A DNA stretch of 64,000 nt from Octopus sinensis (taxonomy: Eukaryota): NCBI RefSeq assembly GCF_006345805.1, contig NC_043014.1, positions 46,624,001-46,688,000 of the forward strand, read 5' to 3'. Shown piece after piece: positions 37,299-51,155 of the stretch. Position numbers and translations under genes: made by a program. Within the stretch, counting starts at the first letter, position 1, and each line of letters begins with the position of its first letter. The notes beneath the pieces were generated by a model that was not told where the DNA came from, ran no database searches, and was given only the letters and a program-made list of their open reading frames with translations.

Positions 37299-37425
37299 CT
37301 ACTATACAAACAGTTTTCGGCAGGTTGCAAAATGTGATGTGTTCTTGAACATTTACTGTAAATGTTCGAAGTATATTTTAAACGGCCTAGAGGGAGTCGA
37401 AGTTTGGAAAGCGGTTGGAAAGACT
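37299..37425 (+). other. Candidate internal exon of an unidentified gene
   Basis: ttttctcttatattttcatcacacag|C...AAGACT|gtgagt. 127 nt; one open frame YYTNSFRQVAKCDVFLNIYCKCSKYILNGLEGVEVWKAVGKT. No homology recognised. Confidence 0.3.
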
Positions 37426-37469
37426 GTGAGTAACATGTTCCTTTGGTTAATTCTTTTCACCTGCTTTTT

Positions 37470-37476
37470 ATCTATG

Positions 37477-37559
<83 letters not shown>

Positions 37560-37706
37560 GGAGGAAAGACAGACAGATAGATAAATAGATAGACAGGTAG
37601 ATTGATTGATAGATAGATAGACAGGTAGATTGATTGATAGACAGGTAGATTGATAGATAGACAGACAGACAGATATATATATATAGATAGACAGACAGAC
37701 AGATAT

Positions 37707-37798
<92 letters not shown>

Positions 37799-37876
37799 GC
37801 AGGTAGATTGATTGATAGATAAACAGGTAGATTGAGAGATAGACAGACAGACAGATATATAGACAGAGAGACAGAC

Positions 37877-37955
<79 letters not shown>

Positions 37956-37972
37956 CAGATAGACAGACAGAC

Positions 37973-38051
<79 letters not shown>

Positions 38052-38060
38052 CAGACAGAC
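37470..38060. repeat. (TAGA)n/(CAGA)n tetranucleotide microsatellite
   Basis: Direct inspection. Confidence 0.95.
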
Positions 38061-38380
38061 ACACATACACAAATGCAACGTAGATAAATAACCATTTGTA
38101 ATGCTAATGAATGAATGTGATTCTAGAGATGGATAGAGATTGCAAATTCTTTTTATTTAATTACAGTGGAAAGAATCCATTGATTGTCCTAGTTCCAATC
38201 AATACAAGGAATTTAAAAGTATATCAGAGAGCGTAGCGTGCGACAAAAATGGCTGCATATATGAAATGGTAACGTGGCACTCATAAAAATATATACAATT
38301 ATTAGTTCTTGTATGTTAAAGCCAATTGAAAATCACAGCAGTTTATAACATAGTGTGGCAGAGTCTATACCTATTTCTGC

Positions 38381-38760
38381 GGAGGCGCAATGGCCCAGTG
38401 GTTAGGGCAGCGGACTCGGGGTCGTAGGCTCGCGGTTTCGATTCCCCGACCGGGCATTGTGAGTGTTTATTGAGTGAAAACACCTAAAGCTCCACGAGGC
38501 TCCGGCAGGGATGGTGGTGATCCCTGCTGTACTCTTTCACCACAACTTTCTCTCACTCTTACTTCCTGTTTCTGTTGTACCTGTATTTCAAAGGGCCGGC
38601 CTTGTCACTCTCTGTGTCACGCTGAATATCCCCGAGAACTACGTTAAGGCTACACGTTTCTGTGGAGTGCTCAGCCGCTTGCACGTTAATTTCACGAGCA
38701 GTCTGTTCCGTTGATCGGATCAACCGGAACCCTCGTCGTCGTAACCGACGGAGTGCTTCC
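38381..38760 (+). mobile_element. tRNA-derived SINE family T, full length
   Basis: ggaggcgcaatggcccagtggttagggcagcggact...ggtttcgattcc head; tail ...gtaaccgacggagtgcttcca. Resembles, from memory, the tRNA-derived octopus SINEs. Confidence 0.9.
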
Positions 38761-40297
38761 ATCCCATACCTATTTCTATTTCTTTATTACCCACAAGGGG
38801 CTAAACACAGAGGGTACAAACAAGGACAGACATAGGTATTAAGTCGATTATATCGACCCCAGTGCGTAACTGGTACTTATTTAATCGACTCCGAAAGGAT
38901 GAAAGGCAAAGTCGACCTCGGCGGAATTTGAACTCAGAACGTAGCGGCAGACGAAATACTCCTAAGCATTTCGCCCGGCGTGCTAACGATTCTGCCAGCT
39001 CGCCGCCTTTTCTAACGTTTCTGCCAGCTCGCAGAGTCTATACTCTTTTACTCTTTTACTTGTTTCAGTCATTTGACTGTGGCCATGCTGGAGCACCGCA
39101 TTTAGTCGAGCAACTCGATCCCGGGACTTATTCTTTGTAAGCCCAGTACTTATTCTATCGGTCTCTTTTGCCGAACCGCTAAATGACGGGGACATAAACA
39201 CACCAGCATCGGTTGTCAAGTAATGCTAGGGGAACAAACACACACACACACATTTCAGTTTCCATCTACCAAATCCACTTATAAGGCATTGGTCGGCCCG
39301 AGGCTATAGCAGAAGACACCTGCCCAAGATGCCACGCAGTGGGACTGAACTCGGAACCATGTGGTTGGTTAGCAAACTACTTACTACACAGCCACTCCTG
39401 CGTACATGATTATGTTATGTGATTGTTTATGGTTTAGGTAAGAGGCCAGAAATTTTGGAGTACATTTAATCCCAGTTCTTGATTAGTACTTGAGGTTATC
39501 TATCCCGAAAAGATGAGCTAGAATACTTAAAGACATTTTGTCCGATGTTGCAACGATTCTGTCAGTCCGTAATATAAACTGCGAGAGTTTGTCTTTCATT
39601 ATTGCATGGTAAGAGAGTATCAGGGAAAAAAATGAGCAGCGTGAGCGAATATGGGAAAATGTCGAGTTAGTTGTACGGTCAGGCATAGTGTTGGATAAGC
39701 ACTGCGACAATCTTTGCTTATCTACGTGAAAACACGATTTTAATAAATATTATAATAGATAGGTGCAGGAGTGGCTGTGTGGTAAGTAGCTAGCCTACCA
39801 ACCACATGGTTCAGGGTTCAGTTCCACTGCGTGGCACCTTAGGCAAGAGTCTTCTACTACAGCCTCGGGCCGACCAATGCCTTGTGAGTGGATTTGGTAG
39901 ACGGAAAATGAAAGAAGCCTATCGTGTGTATATATATAGTGTGTTTACGTCCCCGTAAGTTAGGGGTTCGGCAAAAGAGACCGATAGAATAAGTACTAGG
40001 CTTACAAAGAATAAGTCCTGGGGTCGATTTGCTCGACTAAAGGCGGTGCTGCAGCATGGCCACAGTCAAATGACTGAAACATGTAAAAGAGTATAGGTAG
40101 TAGAGTTTGCAAAAATCAGACTTATAAAAATAAGTTAATTTGTAAAATTTGGATGATTATCACAAGAAAAGAAAATAAGACATTAAGCCACCTTTTAAAG
40201 AGGATTATTCTGCATTTGATCCAAAATTTGACAGGCATAAAAGATCTGACTAAAATACCGGGTAGTGAAAATAGTCAGTGCTTAGATCTCCGTACTT

Positions 40298-40371
<74 letters not shown>

Positions 40372-40604
40372 ATGTTTGTGTATATGTTTGTGTGTCTGTG
40401 TTTGTCCTCCGCCCCCACCATCGCTTGACAACTGATGCTGGTGTGTTTACGTCCCCGTAACTTAACGGTTCGACAAAAAGAGACCGATAGAATAAGTACT
40501 AGGCTTACAAAGAACAAGTCCTGGGGTCGATTTGCTCGACTAAAGGCGGTGCTCCAGCATGACCGCAGTCAAATGATTGAAACAAGTAGAAGAGTAAAAG
40601 AGAT

Positions 40605-41209
40605 GCCGACAGGATTTTCCAGATGTATATCACCGCATATCTCTCCCGCCTCCGCTCTAGGGAGAAGAGGTTTAATACTTTCAGTCTTTCCCAGTAGCTG
40701 ATATTTTGCATTGAGACGATCTTCTTTGTGTAGCTTCTCTGAATTGCTTCGAGTTCTGCGGTTAGTTTTATATTGTGTGGTGACCACAGTTGTGAGCAGT
40801 AGTCCAAGCGGCTGAGGACGAACGTTTTCCAGAGGACCATCAGTGTCTCCTTTTCTCTTGTTCTGAAAGTTCGGAGAATCCATCCAGCTAGCCGTCTGCA
40901 TTTTATCACCAGATTAGTAATATGCACTTGGAAAGATGCATCATTGCTCATGTCAATGCCCAGGTCACGCACTGATTTTGACTCAGGGATTGCAATTCTT
41001 CCTGGGCCAGTGTATCCAGTCTGCACGTCGTTTACCTTTGTGTGCCGGTAGCGCAGGGCCTGGAACTTACCTGCATTAAACTGTATGTTGTTGTCCTCAG
41101 CCCACTTGTATATTGTATCCAACTCCTGTTGCAGATGCGCAATATTTTCAGGGTTTTGTATTGTGTGGGAGACTTTTGTGTCATCTGCATAGCTAGCAAG
41201 GGTGGCCAT
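40605..41209 (-). mobile_element. CR1/Jockey-group LINE reverse transcriptase fragment, truncated at both ends
   Basis: About 200 aa open: LASYADDTK, FNAGKFQAL, VRDLGIDMS, RLDYCSQLWSP, LEAIQRSYTK, YWERLKVLNLFSLERRRER. Confidence 0.92.
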
Positions 41210-41227
41210 CGTAGCAATATATATATA

Positions 41228-41280
<53 letters not shown>

Positions 41281-41564
41281 ATGTGTGTGTGTATACATAT
41301 ACTTATATGTAAACGTGTACACAAAACTACACAAAGAAAATCTACCACACCTGACTTTACTTTGCATGTTCTAGGATTTTATCACCTGCCCGTTGAGGCA
41401 AGGTATATTCACTGTAACGGTAAATAAATAATTTCTTCAAAACTTCAATCACTGTTCTTTCATCTTTACATAATGGCAATCAACAAAGAACCAATCCTTA
41501 CAGATTACATCCATCGTATTGTTTACAAATCAACCTCAACTGTTATAAAATTAATCTTCACCGT

Positions 41565-41602
<38 letters not shown>

Positions 41603-43960
41603 CATATACATATATATATATACATACATATATATGTATAGTTGGAATTTACAAAAAAACAAAACAAAAGACGAAGACACGTGTGTAAGCAACAAACAAA
41701 TATATTAGTTTAAATAAGCATACTCTAAGTGAGAAAGTCTTTTACGTTTCGAGCCTACACTCTTCAACAGAAAGGAACACAGAAATAAACAGAGAGGGAA
41801 AATAAGTTTAGTGGCTAGCGATCAATCATTTATATAAACATATATACACATTTATATATACACACACACACACATCTTGTTTTTAGGAATTCCCAATGAG
41901 TTATGAAAACCCAAATTGTGAAGTCAGTTAAGTTATAACATTAAATTAGTTGCCCGATAGCAAGAATTCAAATAAAGTAGCCCCGAAAAGGGCTTTAATG
42001 CGTTCCCAGGGTATATAGAACAGAAAAATTAATAAGTTATGTATAATAAAATCGAGAAGCATGTTATGTAGTAACAGGCTAATCAGATATGAGTAAATAA
42101 CTCTGAAAAGGGCTATTGTGCATTCCCAGAGAATATTACCCTCAGAGGCGCTAGTGTTGGTATATTCGTGAATAAGTCACTAACAGAAATAAGTGGATCT
42201 ATTGTATAGGAAAATACTATTGACTTGTTTAAGAGTTGTACTTGATAAATTGCGAAAATAACTGAGAAATAAGCATACTCAATTTCATTTGTACCGAATA
42301 ATTTAGGAAAATGAATAGATTATTTCCCTTGGCTATATATAAGGATCCCTTTCAGGGGCCCTATTATCAATTTTTTTAACAATCTGAGTATGCCATGACG
42401 TTTCCAGACATGAGTTCTACTCACGTGTCAAGTTTCATCAAAATCGATAAAACGATATAAGGGGAGTTAGCTAACAACTCCATAAACACACTCACAGACA
42501 GAATTTCCCACATATGTTGTATATACATATATAATGTGACCTCGTGTGTACCGTTGGCGATTTTTTTCCCTCTGTCTTCCATTCTCTGGATCGAAACGTT
42601 AAACCCTCCTTCTTCCCTTCTTTCCTGAGCGCCCAATAATACTATATTTGTTCCACGTCCTCACGTTGTTGTGTTTTCTCTTTGTGTTTTCTTGTTTGGA
42701 TTAACTTTATATATATATATATATATATATAGGAGTGGCTGTGTGGTAAGTAGCTTGTTTACCAACCACATGGTTCCGGGTTCAGTCCCACTGCGTGGCA
42801 CCTTGGGTAAGTGTCTTCTACTATAGCCTCGGGCCGACCAAAGCCTTGTGAGTGGATTTGGTCGACGGAAACTGAAAAGAAGCCCGTCGTATATATATAT
42901 ATATATGCGTGTGTGTGTTTGTGTGTCTGTGTTTGTCCCCCTAGCATTGCTTGACAACCGATGCTAATGTGTTTATGTCCCCGTAACGGTTCGGCAAGAG
43001 AGACCGATAGAATAAGTACTGGGCTTACAAAAAAAAGAATAAGTCCCGGAGTCGAGTTGCTCGATTAAAGGCGGTGCTCCAGCATGGCCGCAGTCAAATG
43101 ACTTAAACAAGTAAAAGAGTAAAAGAGTAAAAGAGTAAGAGTAAGAGTATATCATACGTCTCTTTCATCTCTTCATTCCTCCCCTTTCATTGTATCACCT
43201 CTTCACTGTTGTACATTCTTTTCACTGTAACATAACATTCTCAATGTAACACTCGCATCTCTGTGTGTAACACAGCTCTCAGTGTATCGCATACTTCTCA
43301 GTATAACGCCTCTCCTCCTTTATAACAACACACACACACACACACACTCTTTACTCTCTTTACTCTTTTACTTGTTTCAGTCATTTGACTGCGGCCATGC
43401 TGGAGCACCGCCTTTAGTCGAGCAACTCGACCCCGGGACTTATTCTTTTCGTAAGCCCAGTACTTATTATATCGGTCTCTTTTTGCCGAACCGCTAGGTG
43501 ACGGGGACGTAAACACAATGCTAGGGGGACAAACACAGACACACAAACACACACACACATATATATATATATATACATATATACGACGGGCTTCTTTCAG
43601 TTTCCGCCTACCAAATCCACTCACAAGGCATTGGTCGGCCCGGGGGCTATAGCAGAAGACACTCGCCCAAGATGCCACGCAGTGGGACTGAACCCGGAAC
43701 CATGTGGTTGGTTAGCAAGCTACTTACCACACAGCCACTCCTGCACCTATGTATATAGATCTTGTATACTTTCAGACGCATACATATATATATATGTCTA
43801 CCAAATCCACTCACAAGGCATTGGTCGGCCCGGGGCTATAGCAGAAGACACTTGCCCAAGATGCCACGCAGTGGGACTGAACCCGGAACCATGTGGTTGG
43901 TAAGCAAGCTACTTACCACACAGCCACTCCTGCGCCTATCTATCTGTGTAACATCACCCC

Positions 43961-43997
<37 letters not shown>

Positions 43998-44343
43998 ACT
44001 TGCACTCCGCTCTTTTCTCTATAACGCTTTAATTCCGATTTGTTCCATGCCATTATTGCTTATGGTAGTAGTGATAATGCCGGTCGTAGCAATGTCTGCA
44101 GAAAAACACCGTGGAATCCACATCAAACCAACAGACTGATAGACTGGTACTGACCAAACACATTCCTGTTGATAACTCCTCTCTAACGGATTAGATTAAT
44201 CGACGTAACATATGGTTTCTTAGTGCCATGCTAGCAAAAACAATACAGGAAACAAAACGTCAGACTACGAAACAAACATCTTTATGGCTTTAAAGTCTTT
44301 CGTCATTAGTAATCACTCGTCCTACCCTGCTTTTCCTTCCTTC

Positions 44344-44396
<53 letters not shown>

Positions 44397-46657
44397 TTCC
44401 TTTCTTCCTTTCTTCCTTTCTTCCTTCCTTCCTTCCTTCCTTCCTTCCTTCCTTCCTCACTCAAACGCGCACGCACATTGACATATAATGCATACGTAAA
44501 TACATACACCACACATACACACACATTCACGCATACATGTACATACGCACAGACTAACAAACGCACACACAGCGACATACATACACCCCCACACACATAT
44601 ATACATACAGACTTACGTATACAAAGTCACATACACACACAGAAAAACATACGCACACACACACATACACACACACTGATATATATCCATTCACTTACAC
44701 ACAGATATACATACACACAGACTAACAAATGCATACACAGCGACATACATACACCCCACACACATAAATACATACAGACTTACCTATACAAAGTCACATA
44801 CACACACAGAAACACACATACGCACACACACACATACACACACACTGATATATATCCATTCACTCACACACATATATACATATACACAGACTAACGTTCT
44901 TATACACTAACACACACGTATATACACATGCACGCACACACGCACGCGCATACACAACCTCATTATCAGACGACATTTTAATTCAATGAAATATCGACAT
45001 GTTAAAATACTATTACAACAAGAATAAGAAAAAAAAATGAAGAAAAGCCACGCGTTTCTGGTCGATTGCTCTAACACTCCCCACGAGGAAAGATATGTCG
45101 ATGGAAGTATAGTTTAATTTATCAATAATCTTCAATTATTCCAACCAACTAAGAACTAAAATAGTCTACTGAAAGATGGATTATACATCGATTTCAGAAA
45201 CGATATGGAGAACAAAAATATCAACAACAAAAACTAACGTCGTGTCCTTTCTAAAACGTTGGTTCTCAATGGCGGCTACAATGGTTTGACTTCGACAATA
45301 AGGGATTATCGAATCGATCTTTTCACAGGATATTGAGTATCAATTGATCACCACTGCTTCTCCGTTCTCTAACCAATGTTGGGAGGCGGGACTTTTATAC
45401 AAGATTTTTACTGTAATCATTTCCAAAGACGCTGAACTTTAAGTTAATGCTACGCGCCTGCCCTTCGAACCGCTTCTACTTCTGGTTCGATTACATGAAA
45501 TATATACACATAAATATGTACGTATATACTAATGTTTGTGTGTATATGTATGTGTCTGTGTCCATAGGTGCTTAATCTTATATGTGTATCTATCTCACAT
45601 CTCTCTCTCTCTCTCCACACACACATATGTAAAGACACTGCGTCAACCAATGCATATTAGTAACTCCAAAATGAAAGCATGACGAAATAATAGAGAAAAG
45701 AAATTTAGAGACGGTACACAGGGAAGCTGAAAGGCTCACAGCTTGTCTTAGATTCATTGAAGTTTTGTTTGATGCTTATAACACAATGGAGGAGAAAACA
45801 GAGAATACAGCATAAAGGGAATGTGGAGGTTTTTACGAGGTGATTTCCTGTTTCAGACCAGTACAAGTTCCCAGCATAGAAGGAGGCGACGCGGTTGTAG
45901 AATACTGCCATAAAAACTAAAGCTGGAAAAAATGGAAGAAAGGTGGTTAGCAGAGCAGCAATACCAAGCAGCTAGAAGAGATGAAAATCGGTATTTTTTG
46001 CTTGGATAGAAGGGAAAAACTAAGAGGTCGGCAGATGTTTTGTGATCTGGTGATCACAGCGAGTTTGAGAATGTCGAGAAATCGTCTGGAGGAAGTGTAT
46101 TGAGAATGATGGCGGGGCACTGAACTACATACGCGCGCGCACACACACAGATACACACACAGTCACACACACATATGCACTCGCATACACGTACGCACTC
46201 ACACATACACATGTACGCACATACACACACACGTATGCATATACACGTACACACATACGCGCACACATAAGCACACGGACGCACGCTCACACACATACTC
46301 ATACACATACACACACATATGTACGCACACACACGTACACACACATACGCACACACACGCGCACACAACGCACATACACATGTACGCAATCACACGCACA
46401 CATGTACTCACGCATACAAACACGCACACAATACGCGTACGCACACATACAGGCACACAGCACATACATGTACGCACAAACGTACACACACAAACACACG
46501 TACGCATGCACACACACACACAAGTACACACGCACGCACACACATACGGTTTTAGAATTTCAGCTTGTATTCAAGTTTTCGAAAAGGTACACCTTATCCC
46601 TGCATGTCTTAAGAGGACACCAAAAAGACTTGGCGTCAAGAAGGGCATCCAAAAGTA

Positions 46658-47223
46658 TTGGGTTGTCCGGAAAGTTCGTGCCGATTTATAGTAGCTTAAC
46701 TTTCGACTTATTTTAGAACATGGTTGAATCCATAAAGTAGGATTTGACTACACCTCCATTTAGAGCACAGTTTAAGCTATCTTTTCGTGGAGGAAGGTTT
46801 ATGTTCATATAACCTGTGTTAATTTTGTAAGCCTTCAAAATGGAAGATAAGAAAGGTCATTTTCGACACTTGATGCTTTGGGAACCAGACAAAAATTGCT
46901 GTAGTTCGGCTGGGAAGTGTTACCCCACCCTCCATATCCACCAGATATTGCTCCTTCGGATTTCCACTTATTCAGGTCTCTGCAGAATAGTCTTAATGGT
47001 AAAAATTTCAATTCCTTGGATGACGTAAAAAGATACCTTGATGAATTCTTTGCCATGAAAGCACCTCAATTCTGGGAAGAGGGTATTTTCAAGTTAAAGG
47101 AAAGATGGAAACGCATTGTGCAACAAAATGGTTCATATTTGGTTGATTAAAAATGTAATAGCAAGAATTTATTGACCGTTTTCTTTCCTTTAAAAATCGG
47201 CACGGACTTTCCGGACAACCCAA
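46658..47223 (+). mobile_element. Internally deleted mariner element with both TIRs
   Basis: TA|ttgggttgtccggaaagttcgtgccgattt ... aaatcggcacggactttccggacaacccaa|TA. ORF 46917-47150 PHPPYPPDIAPSDFHLFRSLQN...KLKERWKRIVQQNGSY is a mariner transposase C-terminus. Confidence 0.95.
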
Positions 47224-47821
47224 TAAAATGCTGCAGGAAAAAACCCGTTCAACCCACGTCTACTTTTCCTTGCTAGCATAGGAATGCCTCGTAAAAACGA
47301 CGTTAATAATGACGATAAAGATATGTACTATGCATAGAAATTTGAGAAATGATATTGATTTTAGAGACAAACTTCTTACTTATAAACATTTCCTAAGTGA
47401 AAATGGTAGAGATTTTCAGAAATATGTTCAATATAATATCATCTTCTATAAGTTGTAATCTAATTATATTTGCTGGATACACAGAGTAAGTTATTGTCGC
47501 TGTAGAATAATAATGATTGAATTTTTTATTCTGTTCACAAGCCATTTGATCAATGGTGCTTTGTTGGAAACATCTTTGAATTTTGCAACAATTGGCAAAG
47601 ATGTATCACCACCTGAATTAGAAAACAACTTATTGTATTTCATTTGCTGAGATTAACTCACCAAATGAAATGCTCTAGACTGTATCAACAAACATAAATT
47701 AAAGCATTGGGTTTAAAATGTACTCTAGTGTCTAACAATTTTAACCAGCACCCTTTTAAAGCAGGGCTATACTGGAAGTTGCCTACTGACTTCACAGATT
47801 TAGGAGACTACTTCTGATATA

Positions 47822-47985
47822 TTGGGTTGTCCGGAAAGTTCGTGCCGATTTATAGTAGCTTACCTTTCGATTTATTTTAGAATATGGTTGAATCCATGAA
47901 ATAGGATTTGGCTACACCTCCATTTAGAGCACAGTTTAAGCTACCTTTTCGTGAAAGAAGGTTTATGTTCCTATAACCTGTGTTA
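47822..47985 (+). mobile_element. Mariner 5' end fragment
   Basis: Matches about 46658-46820, including the TIR. Confidence 0.9.
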
Positions 47986-48049
47986 AGATATACAGACACA
48001 ACAAAGTAAGCAGTTATATCCACAGGACAATATGCCAATATTACAACAT

Positions 48050-48480
48050 CAAAACTGCCAACAGGTGGTATAAAAAAGTACCAAGTAAAATACAAGATAA
48101 TGACCAGGCTACAATCATCTGAGATATGCCGGTTCAAGTCGAAAAAGAAATAAAAGCTAATCGCCCAGACATAATAGCTAAGGATTGGAGGAAAACACCT
48201 GCTTACTGATAGACATTGCAGTCCTTTTTGATCATAATATAGTAAAAAACGAAGTGGAGAAATTGTCCAAGCACAATGATCTCGAAATTGAAATATTCAA
48301 AATGTGGAGCATGAAGGTTAAAACAATACCAATTGGAGCATTGGGGCTGATAAAAAAACCATATGAGCAAAAATGTAGAAGCAATACCTGGATTCTCAAC
48401 ACTACACACTGTCAAAAAGATAATCTTGCCAGGAGCAGCCCACATCCTACGCAAGATACTATCAATCCAATAATACAGCC
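48050..48480 (+). mobile_element. Degenerate R4/Dong-clade non-LTR fragment (restriction-like endonuclease region)
   Basis: Frameshifted RPDI, LLIDIAVLFDHNIVKNEVEKLSKHNDLEIEIFKMWSMKVKTIPIGALG. Confidence 0.85.
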
Positions 48481-48780
48481 TAAACAAAACAACCCTCAAA
48501 TACAAGACACACATTATACCCAGTGAAATAAATGAAATAAACGCCCATCAGCAGGCAAGGAAACTAAAGCATTACACATTCAACCCACAGTATAAGCAGT
48601 AACAAAACAAAAAAAAACAGCATCACAGCTCAAGGAAAAACAGAAAAAAAAACTAACACAATACAGCACCGGGAAGAGTTCGTACACTCTCAACCACAGA
48701 AAAGAAGACACAATGCTGCACACACCCCAGCAACACGGCAGCGTAGCAGGCGATGCAGTAGAAATTTCCCTCAATACTGA

Positions 48781-48814
<34 letters not shown>

Positions 48815-48914
48815 TAATAATAATAATATTAATAAATGATGATAATAATAATAATAATAATGATAATAATAATAATAATAATAATAAATGATAATAATGA
48901 TAATAATGATGATG

Positions 48915-48975
<61 letters not shown>

Positions 48976-49096
48976 TAATAAATGCCCTAATGCAGTACCC
49001 ATCATGACTAGCCGTCTGATAAGGGTACACCAGGCACACACCCCAGCAACACGGCAGTGTAGCAGGCGATGCAGTAGAAATTTCCCTCAATATTGA

Positions 49097-49139
<43 letters not shown>

Positions 49140-49186
49140 TTAAATGCCCTAATGCAGTACCAAACAGTGGCTCTCATGGCTTCTGA

Positions 49187-49220
<34 letters not shown>

Positions 49221-49372
49221 TTTATTGAGTGAAAGAGCTGTGCATGCCATCAAAGTGACACTGGGGTAAAATATACGAAGCCCAGTATACCCATCATGAC
49301 TACCCGTCTGATAAGGGTTCACCAGGCACATGCATCACAACCACTTTGATGGCATGCACTACTCTCTCACTC

Positions 49373-49418
<46 letters not shown>

Positions 49419-49454
49419 GATGCATTGGGAGCTCTGTGGAAATCACAGCCTACA

Positions 49455-50467
49455 ATGAGCAAAGACGTGGTATGAGCAATCCAAAGAAAGAGTCACCGAG
49501 AATGAGAATTGCAAAATTCTGTGGGATGCGATGATTCAGTGCGATCACCTGACCGGACACGGTTGTGGTGAATAAGAAAGAAAGAATACGCATGGCAATC
49601 AACATGGCATGCTCCGGTGACAAAAGGGTCAATGAGAAAGAAGAAGAAGAAGAAGAAGCAAGCAATTATGACGATTTGAAGTGGGAAATAGAAAGGTTGT
49701 GGTCAATGAGGAGAGTAGACGTGATACTTATTTCTTTACTACCCACAAGGGGCCACACACAGAGGGAAAAAACAAGGACAGACAAACGGATTAAGTCGAT
49801 TATATCGACCCCAGTGCGTAGCTGGTACTTATTTAATCGACCCCGAAAGGATGAAAGGCAAAGTCGACTTCGGCGGAATTTGAACTCAGAACATAACGGC
49901 AGACGAAATACCTATTTCTTTACTACCCACAAGGGGCTAAACACAGAGGGAAAAAAACAAGGACAGACAAACGGATTAAGTCGATTATTTCGACCCCAGT
50001 GCATAACTGGTACTTATTTAATCGATCCCAAAAGGATGGAAGGCAAAGTCGACCTCGGCGGAATTTGAACTCCGAACATAACGTCACTCAAAATACCTAT
50101 TTCTTTACTACCCACAAGGGGCTACACACAGAGGGAACAAACAAAGGCAGACAAACGGATTAAGTCGATTATATCGACCTCAGTGCGTAACTGGTACTTA
50201 TTTAATCGAGCGGAGAGTAGACGTGATACCAATAGTAATTGGTGCACTTGGAAGTATCAGCCCTCGACTACCAGCATGGCTGAAAAAGATTAGTGCAAGT
50301 GTGAAAGTAGAACACCTATAAAAATCAGCATTGCTTGGAATTGCAAAATTTCTTTGCAGGGATCTTGAAACATGACAAGTAAACAAGTGTCAACTTAGTC
50401 TACTGGCTGTGGACAGCTGACACTTTCCATCATACCCAGCAAAATAAGCAGTGAGTTTTAATACAAC

Positions 50468-50470
<3 letters not shown>
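49455..50470 (+). mobile_element. R4/Dong fragment interrupted by a SINE M trimer (49728-50211, minus)
   Basis: ENENCKILWD...YDDLKWEIERLWSMRRVDVI continues after the insert as RVDVIPIVIGALG. 18-bp TSD ggagagtagacgtgatac at 49710-49727 and 50212-50229. 3' end abuts (AAT)n. Confidence 0.85.
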
Positions 50471-50518
<48 letters not shown>

Positions 50519-50519
<1 letters not shown>

Positions 50520-51092
50520 GTTTTACATTTTGCCACAAGAGCAGCTATTTTGGGGGAGGGGATAAGTCAATCACGTCGACCCCAGTGTTTCACTGATACT
50601 TAGTTTATCGACCCCGAAAGGATGAAAGGTTAAGTCGACCTCGGTGGAATTTGAACACAGAACGTAGTGGCACACGAAATACCGCTGAGCATTTCGTAAC
50701 TAACCAAGTGACATCTTAATCTGCTGGCTGTGGACAGCTGACACTTTCCCCTCATAGCCAGTAAAATAAGCTGAGAGTTTTCATCAAATGATAATAATAA
50801 AATAATAATAATAATAAAATGGTTTTACATTTTGCCACAAGAGCAGCTATTTTGGGGGAGGGGATAAGTCAATCACGTCGACCCCAGTGTTTCACTGATA
50901 CTTAGTTTATCGACCCCGAAAGGATGAAAGGTTAAGTCGACCTCGGTGGAATTTGAACACAGAACGTAGTGGCACACGAAATACCGCTGAGCATTTCGTA
51001 ACTAACCAAGTGACATCTTAATCTGCTGGCTGTGGACAGCTGACACTTTCCCCTCATAGCCAGTAAAATAAGCTGAGAGTTTTCATCAAATG

Positions 51093-51110
<18 letters not shown>
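50519..51110. repeat. 302-bp near-perfect tandem duplication (SINE fragment + LINE 3' UTR-like + TAA)
   Basis: ggttttacattttgccacaagagc at 50519 and 50821. Confidence 0.9.
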
Positions 51111-51138
<28 letters not shown>

Positions 51139-51155
51139 TAATAATAATAATGATA

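Noticed and set aside
38381-38460. tRNA-like A/B boxes (also 28390 and 55653)
   Set aside because: These are SINE heads continuing into SINE bodies, not tRNA genes.
39483-39710. Exon-like ORF
   Set aside because: The minus strand is a decayed SINE M copy.
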